NCBI RefSeq assembly: GCF_031769215.1
Contig: NW_026781876.1
Location: 1,054,001 to 1,118,000, forward strand
DNA: 64,000 nt
Source of the DNA: Ylistrum balloti
Lineage: Eukaryota
Reading direction: 5' to 3'
Shown here: positions 62,967 to 64,000 of the stretch, piece after piece
Layout of the letters: each line of letters opens with the position of its first letter
Numbering within the stretch: the stretch's first letter is position 1
The notes under the pieces: generated by a model
The model's input: only the letters and a program-made list of their open reading frames with translations
Database searches by the model: none
Told to the model about the DNA's origin: nothing
Translations under genes and position numbers: made by a program

Positions 62967-64000
62967 CCCTCCCTGTTGTCAGTTTTAGACTATCTGGCCA
63001 CACACACCCTCCCTGTTGTCAGTTTTAGACTATCTGGCCACACACACCCTCCCTGTTGTCAGTGTTAGACTATCTGGCCACACACACCCTCCCTGTTGTC
63101 AGTTTTAGACTATCTGGCCACACACACCCTCCCTGTTGTCAGTGTTAGACTATCTGGCCACACACACCCTCCCTGTTGTCAGTGTTAGACTATCTGGCCA
63201 CACACCCCCTCCCTGTTGTCAGTTTTAGACTATCTGGCCACACACACCCTCCCTGTTGTCAGTTTTAGACTATCTGGCCACACACACCCTCCCTGTTGTC
63301 AGTTTTAGACTATCTGGCCACACACACCCTCCCTGTTGTCAGTTTTAGACTATCTGGCCACACACACCCTCCCTGTTGTCAGTTTTAGACTACCTGGCCA
63401 CACAGACTCTCCCTGTTGTCAGTTTTAGACTATCTGGCCACACACACCCTCCCTGTTGTCAGTTTTAGACTATCTGGCCATACACACCCTCCCTGTTGTC
63501 AGTTTTAGACTATTTGGCCACACACACCCTCCCTGTTGTCAGTTTTAGACTATCTGGCCACACACACCCTCCCTGTTGTCAGTTTTAGACTATCTATAAT
63601 AGTTTGACTGTTGGTTTGGTGATGAAGCTGGCCACAGACCCTCCCTGTTGTCAGTTTTAGACTATCTGGCCACACAGACCCTCCCTGTTGTCAGTTTTAG
63701 ACTATCTATCATAGTTTGACTGTTGGTTTGGTGATGAAGCTAGCCACACAGACCCTCCCTGTTGTCAGTTTTAGACCATCTGGCCACACAGACCCTCCCT
63801 GTTGTCAGTTTTAGACTATCTGACCACACAGACCCTCCCTGTTGTCAGTTTTAGACTATCTACGGTAGTTTGACTGTTTGTTTGGTGATGAAGCTGGCCA
63901 CACAGACCCTCCCTGTTGTCAGTTTTAGACTATCTATGGTAGTTGGCCAGTTGGTTTGGTGATGAAGCTGGCCACACAGACCCTCCCTGTTGTCAGTTTT
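62967..64000 (+). repeat. 40-bp satellite with 74-bp long variants, runs off the window end
   Basis: ccctccctgttgtcagttttagactatctggccacacaca. Confidence 0.95.

Overview
Eukaryotic, AT-rich genomic DNA, probably from a bivalve mollusc (inferred from Helentron/HINE-like repeats). The window is dominated by one giant minus-strand muscle gene read from ATG 58990 toward position 1; it continues beyond the window. I assembled about 60 GT-AG exons by hand into a phase-consistent ORF of about 3,900 aa. In order it has: a CCDC141/Zormin-type spectrin-repeat rod (about 1,110 aa); 13 I-set Ig domains, the last three palladin/titin-Z-disc-like; a Pro-rich spacer built from phase-2 symmetric exons; two kettin/titin Z7-Z8-like Ig domains; and phase-1 microexons. 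The gene is therefore a sallimus (zormin+kettin)/titin homolog. The most notable features are an apparently modular splicing system and the in-frame CCDC141-titin continuity. The splicing system includes a duplicated, probably mutually exclusive exon pair, three paralogous cassette exons with an unassigned YDIxxEGxVQxI(S/T)Y motif, dense RBFOX-type GCAUG clusters and a candidate alternative terminal exon. Introns hold HINE/MITE fragments and several minisatellites. No rRNA, tRNA or CRISPR array was seen. All homology statements come from remembered sequences, not database searches, and all exon calls are unverified by transcript data.
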